DNA of 61,079 bases, filler included, from Globobulimina sp. (GCA_003354225.1; 16 parts of 16 records of this genome joined end to end with filler, not necessarily neighbours in it); one strand, 5' to 3'. Numbered from the whole stretch's first letter, positions 23,659-37,294 are shown. The notes: generated by a model from the sequence alone, not told the origin. Numbers and translations are program-made.

Positions 23659-25600
23659 ATGAATAGCTTGTTTCTAATAATAGGTGGTTTATTATTTAAC
23701 TATTGTGTTTGTGATCATTTTGTAGATCCAAAATTATTGGAAATTCCAGAGATCCTTCGTCTTGAAGAATTTGTAGCAAATAATTATTTAATTAATCACA
23801 GTTTTTTACGTTGTTTTGAAAATGGAGAATTTGCAAATATGACAGAAGCCGCCGCAATATTTGCATTAAATCATTACGTATATTCCAAAAATTTCATCAA
23901 TTATCTCCAAACTGTTGCTGCCAAAGTTGAAAATAAAGATGTTAGTAAACCTATTTTAGATAATATCAATGAAGAATTAGGTACCACATTTTCCTCTGTT
24001 TTCTCTTAGATTTGGTCTGCACAAATTTGCACACAATTTGTTTGTATTTATTTTTTGCAAAAAAAACAATTTGTTTCGGCTTACAGGTAATTACGAACAA
24101 GAAGACATTGACCTTTTAACCAAAATTGGAATATCTGAAGAGTGGTATAACAAAATCCCACATAAATATCTCAGCCAACGTTTTTTCGAATCATTAGGCA
24201 TCAATGCAGAGGAAATACCGGTGATAACAATGAGTAACACGGATGTTTATACCACCTCAGACTCCGAACAACATCAAGATTGCGCAATATATGGGCGTAA
24301 AAAACAACGTTTATATCATCCAGACGATTATAGCCAATTACAAGAAGCCGAACTATTCAATCCCGATGGTACTGATACGCCGGGCGAGATATTTACAAAA
24401 TACATGATCCATTTATATAAGAATACAAATGCCTGCGAGTCGCTAGCCATCATTGGCTTTGCCATCGAAGAGACGGTGTCGAAAATCTATGAGTATATTT
24501 GGAACGGATTGCAGCATCATACTCAATTAACAGACGATCAGATTGTCTTTTTTCCGTTACATATATTAATCGACGACGGCCATGCGGATTTATTAAAATT
24601 AGGTTTCAAACATTATATCGTAAACAATGTCTCAATGTGCCAAAACGCTGAAATTATTATTAAAGACGTATTGGAGAAACGAAGCAAAATGTATGACGAT
24701 GTTCGGAGAGAAATTGAAGAAAAACAAGGATCGCAATGTGCGCTCCCTTATGAACACATTGTTACTCCGCATGAGAGACCAACCCGGGACGAGATGGTGG
24801 AGGTAGAGGTGGAAGTGGATGCCGCTGTAATTGAAGCACAGAAATTGACGATAAAATATAATGTATTAGGCGATGCCCGATGGTCATTGATCGATAAGAT
24901 GTCATTGGCAGCGCGTATATTAGCAAAACAAGGCCATGGCGAGACATTATCGGGACAGATTACGTGCAGATACAATTACCGCGACGGCAATGTGACAATG
25001 TTAGTCAATGCCTATGGTAAACCATTAGAATTGGTGAGCAATGAAGATTTCTTAGAAATTGATGGTGATTTGAATGTGCTTAAAGGAGAGGGTTTTGCAA
25101 ATAAGGCGACTCGATTTCATTTCCATGTTTATAATAAAAGGCCAGATATTAAATGCATTGTTCATACACATCCGCCATATTCCAGCGCGTTAGCCATCAG
25201 CGGACAGAAATTGTCCATCTCGCATATGGATACCATGGCGTTGTATGATGATGTACAATATTTAGCGGATTGGCCGGGGATTCCCTTTGGCGACGAGGAA
25301 GGTGATTTAATATCTGGTGTGTTGTCAGACAAATATTGGAGTGCGTTACTAGCGCATCATGGATTAATTGTGGGCGGCACAAGCATTGAAGAAGCAACGT
25401 ACAGAGCGTATTTCTTTGAGAAAGCAGCCCGAATGCAAATAAATGCATTGAGTGCGGTTGGTGGCGATATCAATAAATTGCCGAAAACTAAGGCAGGTTT
25501 ATCGCGCAAAGCTAGAGATTGGAGGATTTCGCAAGGACCTGTTGATGCACATTTTAATGGCTGGGCACAAATTATATTAAAACAAGATTCACCATTTTAA
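23659..25600 (+). CDS. Fusion of heme-oxygenase-like diiron (CADD/PqqC/TenA fold) domain and class II aldolase/adducin domain, with signal-like N-terminus; intron 23981-24086
   Basis: NINEELG...PH, AIEE, FFPLHILIDDGH metal-ligand pattern; FHFHVYNKRPDIKCIVHTHPP, LLAHHG, SIEEA aldolase motifs. Confidence 0.85.
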
Positions 25601-25974
25601 TATTAAATTTCTTACTAGCTTTCACCACACATTATATATATGTATACAAAATGAGAATTAATAAATTAACATAATTATTTGACTATTTTTATTTTTTTTC
25701 TTCAAGTATTTTGTGTGTGCATATATTTTATATATTTATTGAAAGGTTTGGTCCATTATAGGCCCATTCATTGGTCCATATGTATGATCAATACGGGAAA
25801 AGCGAGTTGAGTGTTTTTAGTCTTGTCAAACGAAGTCAGTTTTCTCAGAAAAGCTTTAGTTTTTGAAATCAGAGCCAATGGCTTTTAATGACCCTGTGGT
25901 GCTTAAAGGGTTAATATTATTCTTTTTTGGTTGAATGAGTTCATAAATGTTATTTAATTAATACAACAAAAACA

Positions 25975-26676
25975 TTAATGTCCACAAAATGTCATTGGAA
26001 TTGCTGGATGAATAAAATCATTACTTTTATTATAAATTTCAGTAAATTCTTGCAAGAGTAGCTCAGTTATTTGCTCACTACTTTTATTTTCAAACATTTT
26101 TTGTTGATAAGAAATTGGATCCGCAGAATTATTATAAATTGTATTTTCTGATTGATTGTTATTCTCATTTTGATGAATAGGAAATTGTGGAGTTTGACGA
26201 ATTTGAGATGCTCTCAAATCAATGTTTTTTTCTTCATCATATTGAATATTTTCTTTATTTTTAATTTTAATTTCAAATTCTGCTTCAAATTGAGCAAAAA
26301 CCATAGGTTTAATATTATCAATTTCAATTGCTTTACTTTGATAAACTGATTTATTTGCTTTTTTATGCAGTTTACAATATAAATCATATTTATTTACATC
26401 GTTTGCATCATTTTCATTGTTACAATGATTAAAATATTGATTTATATTCAGATTAATAATTGCTTGGCTTAAGCTTTTATTATTATTATTTTTCAAACAT
26501 TTAATATTTGATAATATTTCAACATTTTTTTGTTTTAAAAGAATTGGTTGAAATATTGCATCATTATAAAATGTTATTTTATCCTGTTTATAATGCGGTG
26601 GTCTCATAATCCAAAAATCCTGATAACACATTATTTGTTTTCTTAATGAAGATTGCATATTATTTAATGTCTGGGG
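25975..26676 (-). CDS. 3' part of an N/Q-rich hypothetical protein
   Basis: 227+ open codons from the gap. Confidence 0.5.
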   Translation of the reverse strand, partial: PQTLNNMQSSLRKQIMCYQDFWIMRPPHYKQDKITFYNDAIFQPILLKQKNVEILSNIKCLKNNNNKSLSQAIINLNINQYFNHCNNENDANDVNKYDLYCKLHKKANKSVYQSKAIEIDNIKPMVFAQFEAEFEIKIKNKENIQYDEEKNIDLRASQIRQTPQFPIHQNENNNQSENTIYNNSADPISYQQKMFENKSSEQITELLLQEFTEIYNKSNDFIHPAIPMTFCGH

Positions 26677-26776
26677 NNNNNNNNNNNNNNNNNNNNNNNN
26701 NNNNNNNNNNNNNNNNNNNNTTAATTAATTAANNNNNNNNNNNNNNNNNNNNNNNNNNNNNNNNNNNNNNNNNNNN

Positions 26777-27583
26777 GGCAGTGGCGGCTCCAATCCCATT
26801 CCATCCTTTGATACCATGATACCGCTCGAAGGCATCGTATTGTCGCCGATGCGGAGCAAGCACGGCCGTGGCACCATACGATATAAATGGAAGCGAGGCA
26901 GTGGTCACAAAGAAGAGGAGAAAGTGGTTGAATATGATTATGATCAGAAAGCAAATTGGCAACGATCGATATTTTTAACCGAAGGGGATCGCGTTCGATT
27001 GTTTTTTCGTCAAATCAATGAGGATGACGCTAGTTTGGCCTATGTAGCATTGTTGGATCCTGTGTACCGACAGAGATTATATGGACAGTGCTATTATTAT
27101 CATCCAACCAAGAATTATTATTTGCGATTTCGGCGTGAGAGGGAGTCGAGACATTTTATTGAGTTATGGTCGTATCACATTGTGGATAAAAAAGTGCAAT
27201 CTTACAATTTGGAGAATGAATTGATTGTATTTGATTTGTCGGAGAGGATAAATTATCAAAATGACAATAAAATTGCCACGCGATGTAGATGGGTGAGATT
27301 GGATGACAAGCAATGGTATAATGGGAAGATTGTGTCGTTGCCGAGTAAGAATCATACAAAATATGGTTGTATTAAATATTATGATAATCAGAGCCAACAA
27401 GAGAAAAAAATTAGATTTTCGACATCGTCGTTATCGAAACAATACAAAAATTATCAAAAAATTGGGGATGAGGTTAAATTTCATATTGAACATGTTATTA
27501 CTAAATCGACGTATGATATTATCCCAGCCACTGCCGTCAATATTGATACTACGCTAGTATATAGACCCAAAAATAAAAAGTAA
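26777..27583 (+). CDS. 3' part of a protein with cold-shock-like OB domains
   Basis: GIVLSP...GRGTIRY...GDRVRL and GKIVSLP...YGCIKY...KIGDEVKFHI. Confidence 0.5.
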   Translation, partial: GSGGSNPIPSFDTMIPLEGIVLSPMRSKHGRGTIRYKWKRGSGHKEEEKVVEYDYDQKANWQRSIFLTEGDRVRLFFRQINEDDASLAYVALLDPVYRQRLYGQCYYYHPTKNYYLRFRRERESRHFIELWSYHIVDKKVQSYNLENELIVFDLSERINYQNDNKIATRCRWVRLDDKQWYNGKIVSLPSKNHTKYGCIKYYDNQSQQEKKIRFSTSSLSKQYKNYQKIGDEVKFHIEHVITKSTYDIIPATAVNIDTTLVYRPKNKK

Positions 27584-27928
27584 ATATATAAATTGTTGAA
27601 TGATTACAAATAAATTAATTGTTACTCAATTATAATGTTGTTATTATAGTTTTTTTTCGTTTCTTTTTTTTCTCTTAATTTCCCAAATAACTGACATGTT
27701 CCGGTCTTACTCTTTGCACAAGAAAGTCAAGAAATCCTTTGCGATTATATTTATATATTCATTCATTTTAGGTTCAAAACTGCTATTCTTTCGTTTGGAT
27801 GATATAGATTAAGCTTTTCCTAACAGTTAGTATTTGACTAAAAACAGTTATTAATAATTCGGAACATTTAATAACATATTGCTAACAGAGTGGACCACTG
27901 AGAATTCAGCTATGCGGACTTTTATATT

Positions 27929-29909
27929 TCAAGGCAATATTTCAATGCTCACTCGAAACACCAATTCATTTATGTTTAGCATTCGATAATTGATTAAAAT
28001 TTGTTCTCTTAAAATTTGCCTTTCCTCATTAAAAACCTTTTGCCTTTTACCACTTTTAAAACCGGTCACAAGTTCAAATACTTGACAATTTGCCATGAAT
28101 TCAGCCGTTGTTACTGTTTGAACGTTTAATGAAATGTATCCCTGTTTAATAGTACTTGAATGTTGTACTCGTAATACAAATAAATCATAAAAAATATTGC
28201 TTTCATATACTTTGCCATATCCATTGTAGTCGGCAAATAGTAATCTTTTCACATTTTTATCAATATTCCATTCCAATAAATATCCATTGTAATTTAATAT
28301 TGATACGTAATTAAAAACATTATTTATTTTTAAAATTTGAATATTGCAAATTAATGATTGTAAACAAGACATATCTCCGAAGTTCTTTACTCTGTAATGA
28401 AAATATTGTGAATTACGCTTTTTAGCGTGTTTTGGTTTTAATATCGTTGAATAGCTTTGATTTGTCAATTTACATTGGATTCGACATAAAAATACCACGT
28501 CAAAATCTCTCTTATTTGATGCATTCATCACTAAAAATGTCTTTTTATCTTTTAATTGTAAATAAAATTCAATATCGTTAATAGTAAATACATTTGTTTT
28601 TTGTTCCAGTTTAGCACTCAATTTATGATTATGTTGACTTACTTCATATTTTCCACCATAATATTTTGGAAATAATATACAAATTATTTGAATAACGTCA
28701 AATGGCATATTATTATAAAATTCGCAGCGAATATAACCACAAATTAGCAATTCTTGTCCCAATTGCTGTGGTTGCTTAAGTAATGCATGAAATTGAAAAT
28801 TTATTGTCCTTTCAACTTCTCTTTCATCAAATTCATATCTTTTATAAAATTGTTGATTTAAATAAAAATATTTACTTTCAAAAATAAAGCCAATCTCTGG
28901 GAGTTGAATTTCAATATAAATAACACCGATTTCCCGCAATTGCAACTTATAATTGAATGGAAATGCAGTATATTGATCAGATACTATTTCTTTGTTAGCA
29001 CAGCAACTGCACGCCGCAAAACACTCAGTCAACGACATTAACGACAATAGTACAGGAACTGTGCCAATCTTATTCCAGTTATTCTGATGGCGTCCATTAA
29101 ATACCTCCACCGCCGCGTTGGTGTTAACTGCATTCAATTTCAATACAACCATTGTTAAATAATTTCTGTTGTTAAAAATGATTTTAACAGATTTAAGTGG
29201 AAATTCTGTTGAATGGAAAAGTGGATGCAACTGTTTATATGTTTGAAAATACTCAAATATTAATTCGGTTATAGGTTTGTTAAAATCAATATTTGTGACC
29301 AGTTTATCTAACTCATTCAATTGTTTTTTGCCATAGAACGTATTCCATTGGATTTTGTTTGCAGTGCAATATGTTTCACCAGCTATTGCTATATGAAATA
29401 TATTATCATCCCATATATTCGGAATATCACTTATTTTTATGTGATTACGCAATAATTCATTTTCATGGAAGAAATTAATGTCTGTCATTTGTAGATGGCC
29501 ATATCTGCTACGATATTGTGGATCATTCATATGTCGTTGTTTGATATCTCGTATTGTAGTACATGAGTTAAATAGAAATCTTTTTTGTTGTCGAGATGGA
29601 AGGTTTATGATAACAGCAGATGCTTTGGACTCTAATCGCAATGATAAATGCAATGTACAATCAGCTTCAATACCATAATGAGAAATTGTTTGATAACCAG
29701 ATTGCAACATTTTTCCACCAAATGTTAGTATTTGTTCAAATAATGGTATGCCTTGTTTGTCATGTATTTTTTGTTTAATCTCTGTAATTGTTGAATTTGA
29801 TTCAATTTCTATGGTAATTGTCTTTCCATTCAATGTTTTTACAAAACTGAATTACAACCAAAATAATATATATTATTAATAAACAGCATAGATCGACATA
29901 CATGTCCAT
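27929..29909 (-). CDS. Ubiquitin-like domain fusion protein; intron 29847-29901
   Basis: Splicing gives MDIFVKTLNGKTITIEIE...GIP..EQILTFGGK.L...TLHLSLRL; no GG; a second degenerate Ubl follows. Confidence 0.85.
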
Positions 29910-29965
29910 CCGATGATGAGTTTTTTTAGAAGTTTTTACTCATCCTTTAAGCCTGTATAGTTATC

Positions 29966-30500
29966 ATGGCAACATTAGTAGACACTTTCATGGAAGATTG
30001 TGAAGATTCAGAGGATGATGTTGTATTTGAAAATAACAATCAACAAACAGACCAGGTATATACAATAACATAATTACATTATCTCACAAACAGTGTTCTG
30101 TGTTGAACAAAACAACACTGACCACTCCTTGCTCCACTATTCCGACCCAATAAAACAACAAAAACACAGGAGATGGATATGGAAGAAGATATTTTTGCAG
30201 ATATGGAGGATATGATTGACATTGATTTAATAGAAAATGAATGCAGAAACTCGCAACATTTCGAATCGGTTGAAACCGTATCGGATTTGTTAGACAGTGA
30301 GAGATTAAAATTACATTTACGTTCCATTAAACAATCAAATGAATATAAATATGACGCTTCCGGATATAATCGAAAATTAAAAATTAAGGACTATGAACTA
30401 ATCAAAGAATCAAACTTATTGATATTAGAAATTGAGAATCATATCTTACGCATTCATAAATTTATTTGGGATATTCATTCCACAAAGTTCCCAGAATTGT
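29966..30500 (+). CDS. PRPF31: U4/U6 snRNP protein Prp31, 5' part; intron 30056-30169
   Basis: MATLVDTFMED start and YELIKESN.LILEIEN.I..IHKFI.D..S.KFPEL. Confidence 0.85.
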
Positions 30501-30711
30501 NNNNNNNNNNNNNNNNNNNNNNNNNNNNNNNNNNNNNNNNNNNNTTAATTAATTAANNNNNNNNNNNNNNNNNNNNNNNNNNNNNNNNNNNNNNNNNNNN
30601 CAAAATATTGTAAAAATATAAAATTCAAATTCTCAAAAGAAAGAAAATCGCAAATGGAACATCTATACAATTTAATGAAATGGATTAAGCAGTATGACTT
30701 AGTATTGTTCT

Positions 30712-31302
30712 GTGACGATGATGATCTATCATGAAGATCGTGTTGGTATTTTTTCCGATACATACAAATATGCAATTGTTCAATCCGAAAAAAAACATGG
30801 GAAATTTGCTGGAATCCGAGAATTTCCAAATACGAAAGGAATTCACAAGAATTCTGATTTATCACAAGAATTCTGGGCGCATGGTGTAGTTCCATCGATA
30901 CTTGAAATGTTTTTTGAGAAAAGCAGAAGATATTTTATGTTATTAGAACATAATTTAGCTGACATGTATTTTAGATGTTATTTACTTAAATTAAATCGAA
31001 CATATTTGTGGGGTGGTGTGGGGCCGCATCAACCCGGCCTTGCATATTACAAATATAACCAAAAGAACCCTGATAGTGTCTGTGCTAAACTTAAACAAAT
31101 GGAAAAATCATTGGACGCTCAAGATTGTAAAGTAACATGGAGGGAAAAGCGGCGTTGGGCTCATGATCAACTGTTATTGGCTACGATAGATGGTAGTTTT
31201 CAGACGAGATTCCCTCATATTACTGATGAAAGAGTAAAAGAAATATTCCCAGAACAACAAACGGTTATTAATCTTTGTCGTGAACTTTATGATACGAAAT
31301 GA
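30712..31302 (+). CDS. 3' part of a hypothetical protein
   Basis: 196 open codons; no recognised motif. Confidence 0.45.
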   Translation: MTMMIYHEDRVGIFSDTYKYAIVQSEKKHGKFAGIREFPNTKGIHKNSDLSQEFWAHGVVPSILEMFFEKSRRYFMLLEHNLADMYFRCYLLKLNRTYLWGGVGPHQPGLAYYKYNQKNPDSVCAKLKQMEKSLDAQDCKVTWREKRRWAHDQLLLATIDGSFQTRFPHITDERVKEIFPEQQTVINLCRELYDTK

Positions 31303-31516
31303 TTTAATTATTTAATATATTTAATTTAATATTTAATATTTTTTGTTGATTTGTCAAAATCTCGACCCGTGTAAATTTGTATACCAAAGGTTAACTTTTC
31401 TTTTGACATTGTATACATTATCCTTGCACGCGGTGTTTCCACTCAGATTTTGTATAATCTCACATGGAAGCGTTTAAACATGGAAGCCCTTTTAAGATAA
31501 ATGAAACATAGAAGCG

Positions 31517-34274
31517 TTGAATCTTATTGATGAGCTTGTGAATCATTTTACAAGTCCATTCTTATTGGGTTGCATGTTAAATAGTGTTGATTTGTTTAAA
31601 GAGGTGTCGTTTGAATGTAAACTTTTACTTTCTGGATGCGCGGCTACAGAACGTGTCATATATGCTTTGGAATTTTGTTCATCATTGGATACGAATATGC
31701 ATAATGAATTGGTGGAATTTGCGAATAAAACATACAAAATATTATTAGACGATTATGCACATATAGTAACACACCACAGTGATGATTTAAATCGTATATT
31801 GCAAAGATATCATTTAGCAAAATGCAATGTTAATGATTGTTCAATATTATACCGCAATTATACACAAGCGATTCAATATTAATATGCGATGACAACGCTA
31901 ACGATGACGAGTTTGTATTTTACCGAAATTTATTTGATAGAATCCATTGTTATTTATTCCATTCTTATGACGTTGGACTAAGAATAAATAGACAACACAT
32001 TGGTGTCCACGCAGATGATGATCGTACACATGAAAGCAACGCGGAATATGATGCTCAATTCGCTGTTATTTGCAAAATAATTGATAAAAAAGCAAAAACG
32101 TTCAAACAATTGGCAGGTTTTGATGCAGACAGATTCGTAAACAATAAATTTGACATAAACGTTACTGTCATAAAAGGTATTTGTTTTTATCTCTTTGTGA
32201 TTGTAACTGAGTTACAAACAAACATAAATATCAGGTGTCACATTCATCGATGGCTTCTTTAAATATTTACAGTGTCTTGGAATTGCAGTGACTGATCGCC
32301 AACTGTGCAAATTGCGCAATATTATATTGTCTGAGGAATATGACACAGATGCTTTGTTGGATGATATTTGTTGGAGGATATCTTCAAACATTGCGTTGGA
32401 ATGCAGGTTAAATTCAGAAGAGGAAAAAGCAGCAAACAGACCAGAATCACACATTTGTGTTTGTGGTGAGATATTATCCAAGAAAAAAATCAAAAATTGC
32501 TATCAAACATTATCCAAGAAAAAAATCAAAAATTGTAGAGTGATATGCGATTTATGTGGCATTTTTATTGAAGATCGTGACGTTTATGTTTATCATTGCA
32601 ATGCTAACAAAACAACGACACATCCATTTGGATATGATATTTGTTTATCGTGCAATGACAACTTGCAAAAGCAACAGGCAGTTGACAACACTGCGCATGC
32701 AGTCAATATATGTGATCAGCTCCAGCAATATGAGCAATATACAAAACGTTATGTTACATATTTATATCTGCATCAACAAAGTACTTAAATTTAATACTGT
32801 ACCAATAAAATTGCAGTTGCAGATAATTCATTTCGTATTGGTTACAGATTTTATTATTGGGAATACTACAAAGAAAATGAGATTACGTTGCAACAACCGC
32901 TCAGTAACAAATATGACCACAGCGGGTATAAACCACATCAGTTATACATTGAAGCAAAATACGAATCCATCAAATACGAAGTGCTTAACAGCAGGATCTA
33001 TAGATTGCGTTTGCATCAATTTAAATTATCTTTGACCAAAGCAACCAAATACATTCAAAGCGATGCTGCTAAAAAGATCAAATCCCGTTTCTCACTCATT
33101 CCCAATGTCTATAAAATGTACGATATTAGTTACAATACACCCATCGCAGTGGAGAACTTATTATCTATCATTCTATATTGTGACTGGAGCAAATTATGCA
33201 GGCACTTCTCAAAAACATTCAGACAAACATATCAGTACGAACCTATTGCTTCCATTAAGCAGAAAAACCGTGAATATGCAAATTGGGCTCGCGTATTAAG
33301 AGAAACGTGTGAGTTATTTGGAGAGAATGGCGATGATTGTTATTACAATGAGGATGGCGATGTGGTTTATACTGCTCGTGGTCCATTCTTCTGCGGTGTG
33401 TCCGTTGTGATGGCACTGCCTCAGTTTAACATCAGATTATGTGCACCCACGTCGACATCAACAAAAATCGAAGTTGCCACCAGGTTCGCAGGCGACGGAG
33501 GCATTATTTTACAATTAACTAATTTGGGACATAAGTTGAGCACAAAATTATGTTCATTTAACTGTTCGTGGCTATCAAATTACAGTGCCGAGGACGAGAG
33601 ACTTTTCTTTGGCGGGGCGTATAGGATACAAATCGAAACAATAAGAAACATTGATACAGCACAGAATTTCCGTGCATATATCCGACCATTATATCACTTT
33701 AATTGTATGATAGGTGGAACCTCAATGATTGTTAACTCACCGCAGCAAAATTATTGAGAATTTAATAGCCCATCGACTCGATATAGATAATTATCGCAAT
33801 AAATATTGTAAATATGTGAATGATACATTTGAAGCATTCCTCAATCATCAAACCCAAATTGTATTGCATTTGTCAGATATTAATTTGTTTTATAGACCAT
33901 TCAAACATTTGATAATGGATAATAGAGATATATTTAAATTAAGTGATGTTATAATGGATAATAGCACCCAATTAAGCGATGTTATATTTAAATTATTCAA
34001 ACACATGAAAGAACTGATTATTTATTCAATGAATTACAAATCGTATGAGTTCAATATATTGGATTTGTTGTCGACTATTCAATCAACGACGACCCATCGG
34101 ATTACGGTTAGAATTAAAACAACCACAGTGTTTTCTGAAAGCGACTGGATATTTCTTCAATATAAATCAATACAATCAGAGTGTGAAACAAATGATAAGT
34201 ACAAAATGTTTGCTGTAGACATAACAAGTGAACATAACAAAGAAGATGCACTAACAATAACTTATTCACCATAG
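31517..34274 (+). pseudogene. Multi-exon gene with ZZ-like Cys/His finger and ADP-ribosyltransferase-like domain; apparently frameshifted
   Basis: CDLC...YHC...HPFGYDICLSC; PFFCG, PTSTS, EDERLF; frame changes near 31865 and 33740 without evident introns. Confidence 0.6.
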
Positions 34275-34424
34275 TGTAAACCTTGTTGAATAATCGAAGC
34301 CAGAAAACTTTTAACTTTTCGTTANNNNNNNNNNNNNNNNNNNNNNNNNNNNNNNNNNNNNNNNNNNNTTAATTAATTAANNNNNNNNNNNNNNNNNNNN
34401 NNNNNNNNNNNNNNNNNNNNNNNN

Positions 34425-37294
34425 CCCCATGTCACTTGTGTTATACCATGCATACATGCAAAACATTTATCACTGGTATGCTCATTAATAACGTAACAAT
34501 GCCGGCACATGTGATGGTAATCACATTTGGCATGATCTGTCGCAAAATAACAGTTTCCTCTCTCGTTATGTCTACAAATATGTAAACTTAATTCAGGGCC
34601 ACCGTATAACCGCCCATTCTCATCTTTGTACATTGCTAATTTCTTAGCATTGGTGGGTCGTCCTCTTAAACCTAAAGGAATGTGCGTATCATTCCCTTTT
34701 CCCCGTTTTGGAATCGGTGTGCTTCTGAAATCATTGCGGTAATGATTACGTTTTGGTGGTATCTGTGGTCTCATTGGTTGAGGATGTTGAGGATATTGTG
34801 GATGATTTGGATAAATTGTAGGCGGACTTGCATAGTTTTGAGGATTAAATGCATTGTATTGTGGTGCTTGCGATTGTCCCACAAATCCTCTGTTTCTCGC
34901 ATTATAGCCATTGTTGTTACAACCATTAAATTGGTTGTTCGGATTGCGAAAGGATTGCCATCTTTGTCGGGAACGTCTTCCTCGACCTCTTCCACCATTG
35001 TAGCCACCACGAAATGATGTGTTTCTTTGATTGGATTCCCTGCGGTATCCCATTCCATCTCTGCTCGGAGTGTATCTGTTGTTGTTGGCTGATGAGTTGG
35101 TGTTATCGTTGGGAGATTTCTTTTGAGCATAGTTGGATTTGTTGATTTTGCCCAATGAATTATCAAATCCTCGCGTTTCCACTGTGTTTTCGTGCTCTTT
35201 TGCCATCACTTCCATCTTCCACGTATTATAAAAAATTCTTCCATTTACGGCATTTAACGCAGATGGCCCATTTGCAAGAAATGCTTTCTTTCTTTGAATC
35301 AATAAATAATTTAATGCTTTCATTCCATTTTCGCCGCGTAAATGCTGTCTTAAATTATTGTCTACAAAGCGACCAAATTCCTTCCATTGAAGGGCTTGAA
35401 TGTACAAATATATGCTAATTTTAATTGAGTCAATTGACGTGCCACGTTTTTTATGTTCATCAGATAATGTATTTATGGCATCACTCACCATACGAATAAA
35501 TTTGTATGCTGCATCATCAGATTTGATGAAGCTTTTGATGCACGAATCAATATTAAAATGAGTTTTACTCCAATTTAATTCTCCACATAATGCAAAATAT
35601 CTTAATAAGCTCATGATGTCACCACCTCCTTCGGTGCATAAATCGTAAAAAGCGATTCGTGCAAATACTTTCTTTGCATTTGTAACGTTGCCAGTTACTT
35701 CTTTATCTAAATCGGCAACTTCTTTCTTGTAATTCTCATAAAGAAACATATCTGAATGCATAATAAATTAATGTTTAATAATAAAATGAATTAATTATAA
35801 TATAAATAATGAGTTAATATATACGCTGACTAATAAATGAAAGATACTATGACTACACGTCATGAACAAAAAACCAGTGAAAAATAGTCAAACGATGACC
35901 AGAAAAAGAAGTTACGAAGAAAGTATACAAACTGAGGGAGATCACATACTGTTCATTACATATTTTTGAATATCTTTTTCCATCACTTTGCCTCCACTAT
36001 ATTTCTTGACTATTTCTTCTGAATACAACTGATCAGTTTTATCCTCAATGCCAGGATGAAAGAAATCAAGACCCGGTGCTAAGGCTGCTTTGTTTGAGGT
36101 ATTCACTGCATTACGTACCTCCTTCTCAATGTCACTGACGTTGGACACCAATGTTCTCGAATGGTCTTCAGCCCCTTCATCGATATTATTTTTTCGATCT
36201 TTTTCTCGTTGCTCTTTAATTTTCCGTCGAAGTTCCATTCTCTGTTTTTTCTTGTTCAATTTTTGAAGAATCGTAAGTTTCGACTCATCACTGGATTCTT
36301 TCTCTTCCATTCCACCTAAAGCTGCGAGCTCTTTTTGCCATTTTGCAATATCGACTTCGCTTCCTTCGGCTGCATCCTCTGACGATTTGCCATCATCAAT
36401 CGGTACTGGCGATGGTGCTGCATTCTCATTTTGATTCGATAATGTATCATTTTCATGCATGTCTGCAATCAATTTATTCGGATTCAATATTGCTTCTTTG
36501 TATGCATCAAAAGTTTCTGATGCATTAACTGTGTGCGTTAGATTAGTAATCCAATCGCCTAAACCTTTCCATTCAATGTCAAATGTGTTAATTTTATACT
36601 GAACTTTGGCTTTTTGAAGGCCAAAATCAGCGCCAGTAAAAATCTCTAAATTCGGTGTGTTGTGAATGGTTACTTTGCGTTCACCGGTCGTAAGCCAACG
36701 ATTCCATGCTTTGACCGCTATTCTTGCCACAAATGAGGCAATGTCGATAAATTCGTCTGTTCCCTCGGGATTGGGATGCGATGCTGTGCCCTTTAATGTT
36801 TTCAACAACGTGTCAATCAAATTAAGGGTCGGATAATCGAAATATTCTTGTAAATAATCTGATAACTTTGCCTCAAATACATTCAAGATGTTTGATTTGA
36901 ACATCATAACTAAATCCCAGCATTTAATTTGTCCCATACTCGGCTGCATCCTCCCTTGGGCATCACTTTGTGTCCATTTTGGATCATTCGGATCATCGAC
37001 AATTAATGTGCCTTGTACCCATTTGCGGAGTAATTTAAAGTCCTCGGCTTTGCCTCCTTTCACTAATTTGAATGCTATCTTTTCAATCTGATCTTCAGTC
37101 TTTTTAAATTCATTGAATTTAATTAATAATTCGAGATCATCATAGAATTCGAGCAATGCATTATAGATCGAACTTTCTGGCTCTGCACGACCGTGCGCGC
37201 TCGGTAGACGAATTGAGGAGACAATACTGTTTGCAATTACTCTTTTCATATTGGTGTTGCGCAATGCATTGCCAATATTGACCGTAATCGACAT
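34425..37294 (-). CDS. Gag-like ORF1 of a DIRS/Ngaro-like retroelement; intron 35752-35949; 3' truncated
   Basis: W..F...D...R core, RGG/P-rich linker, composite finger CRHNERGNC...C.Y.H.C..C....H....C; GTATGT...TTCAG intron is phase-1 compatible. Confidence 0.65.

Noticed and set aside
25895-25914. piggyBac-like end AAAGGGTTAA (similar AAAGGTTAA near 31386)
   Set aside because: No matching opposite terminus was found in the contig; too short to support.
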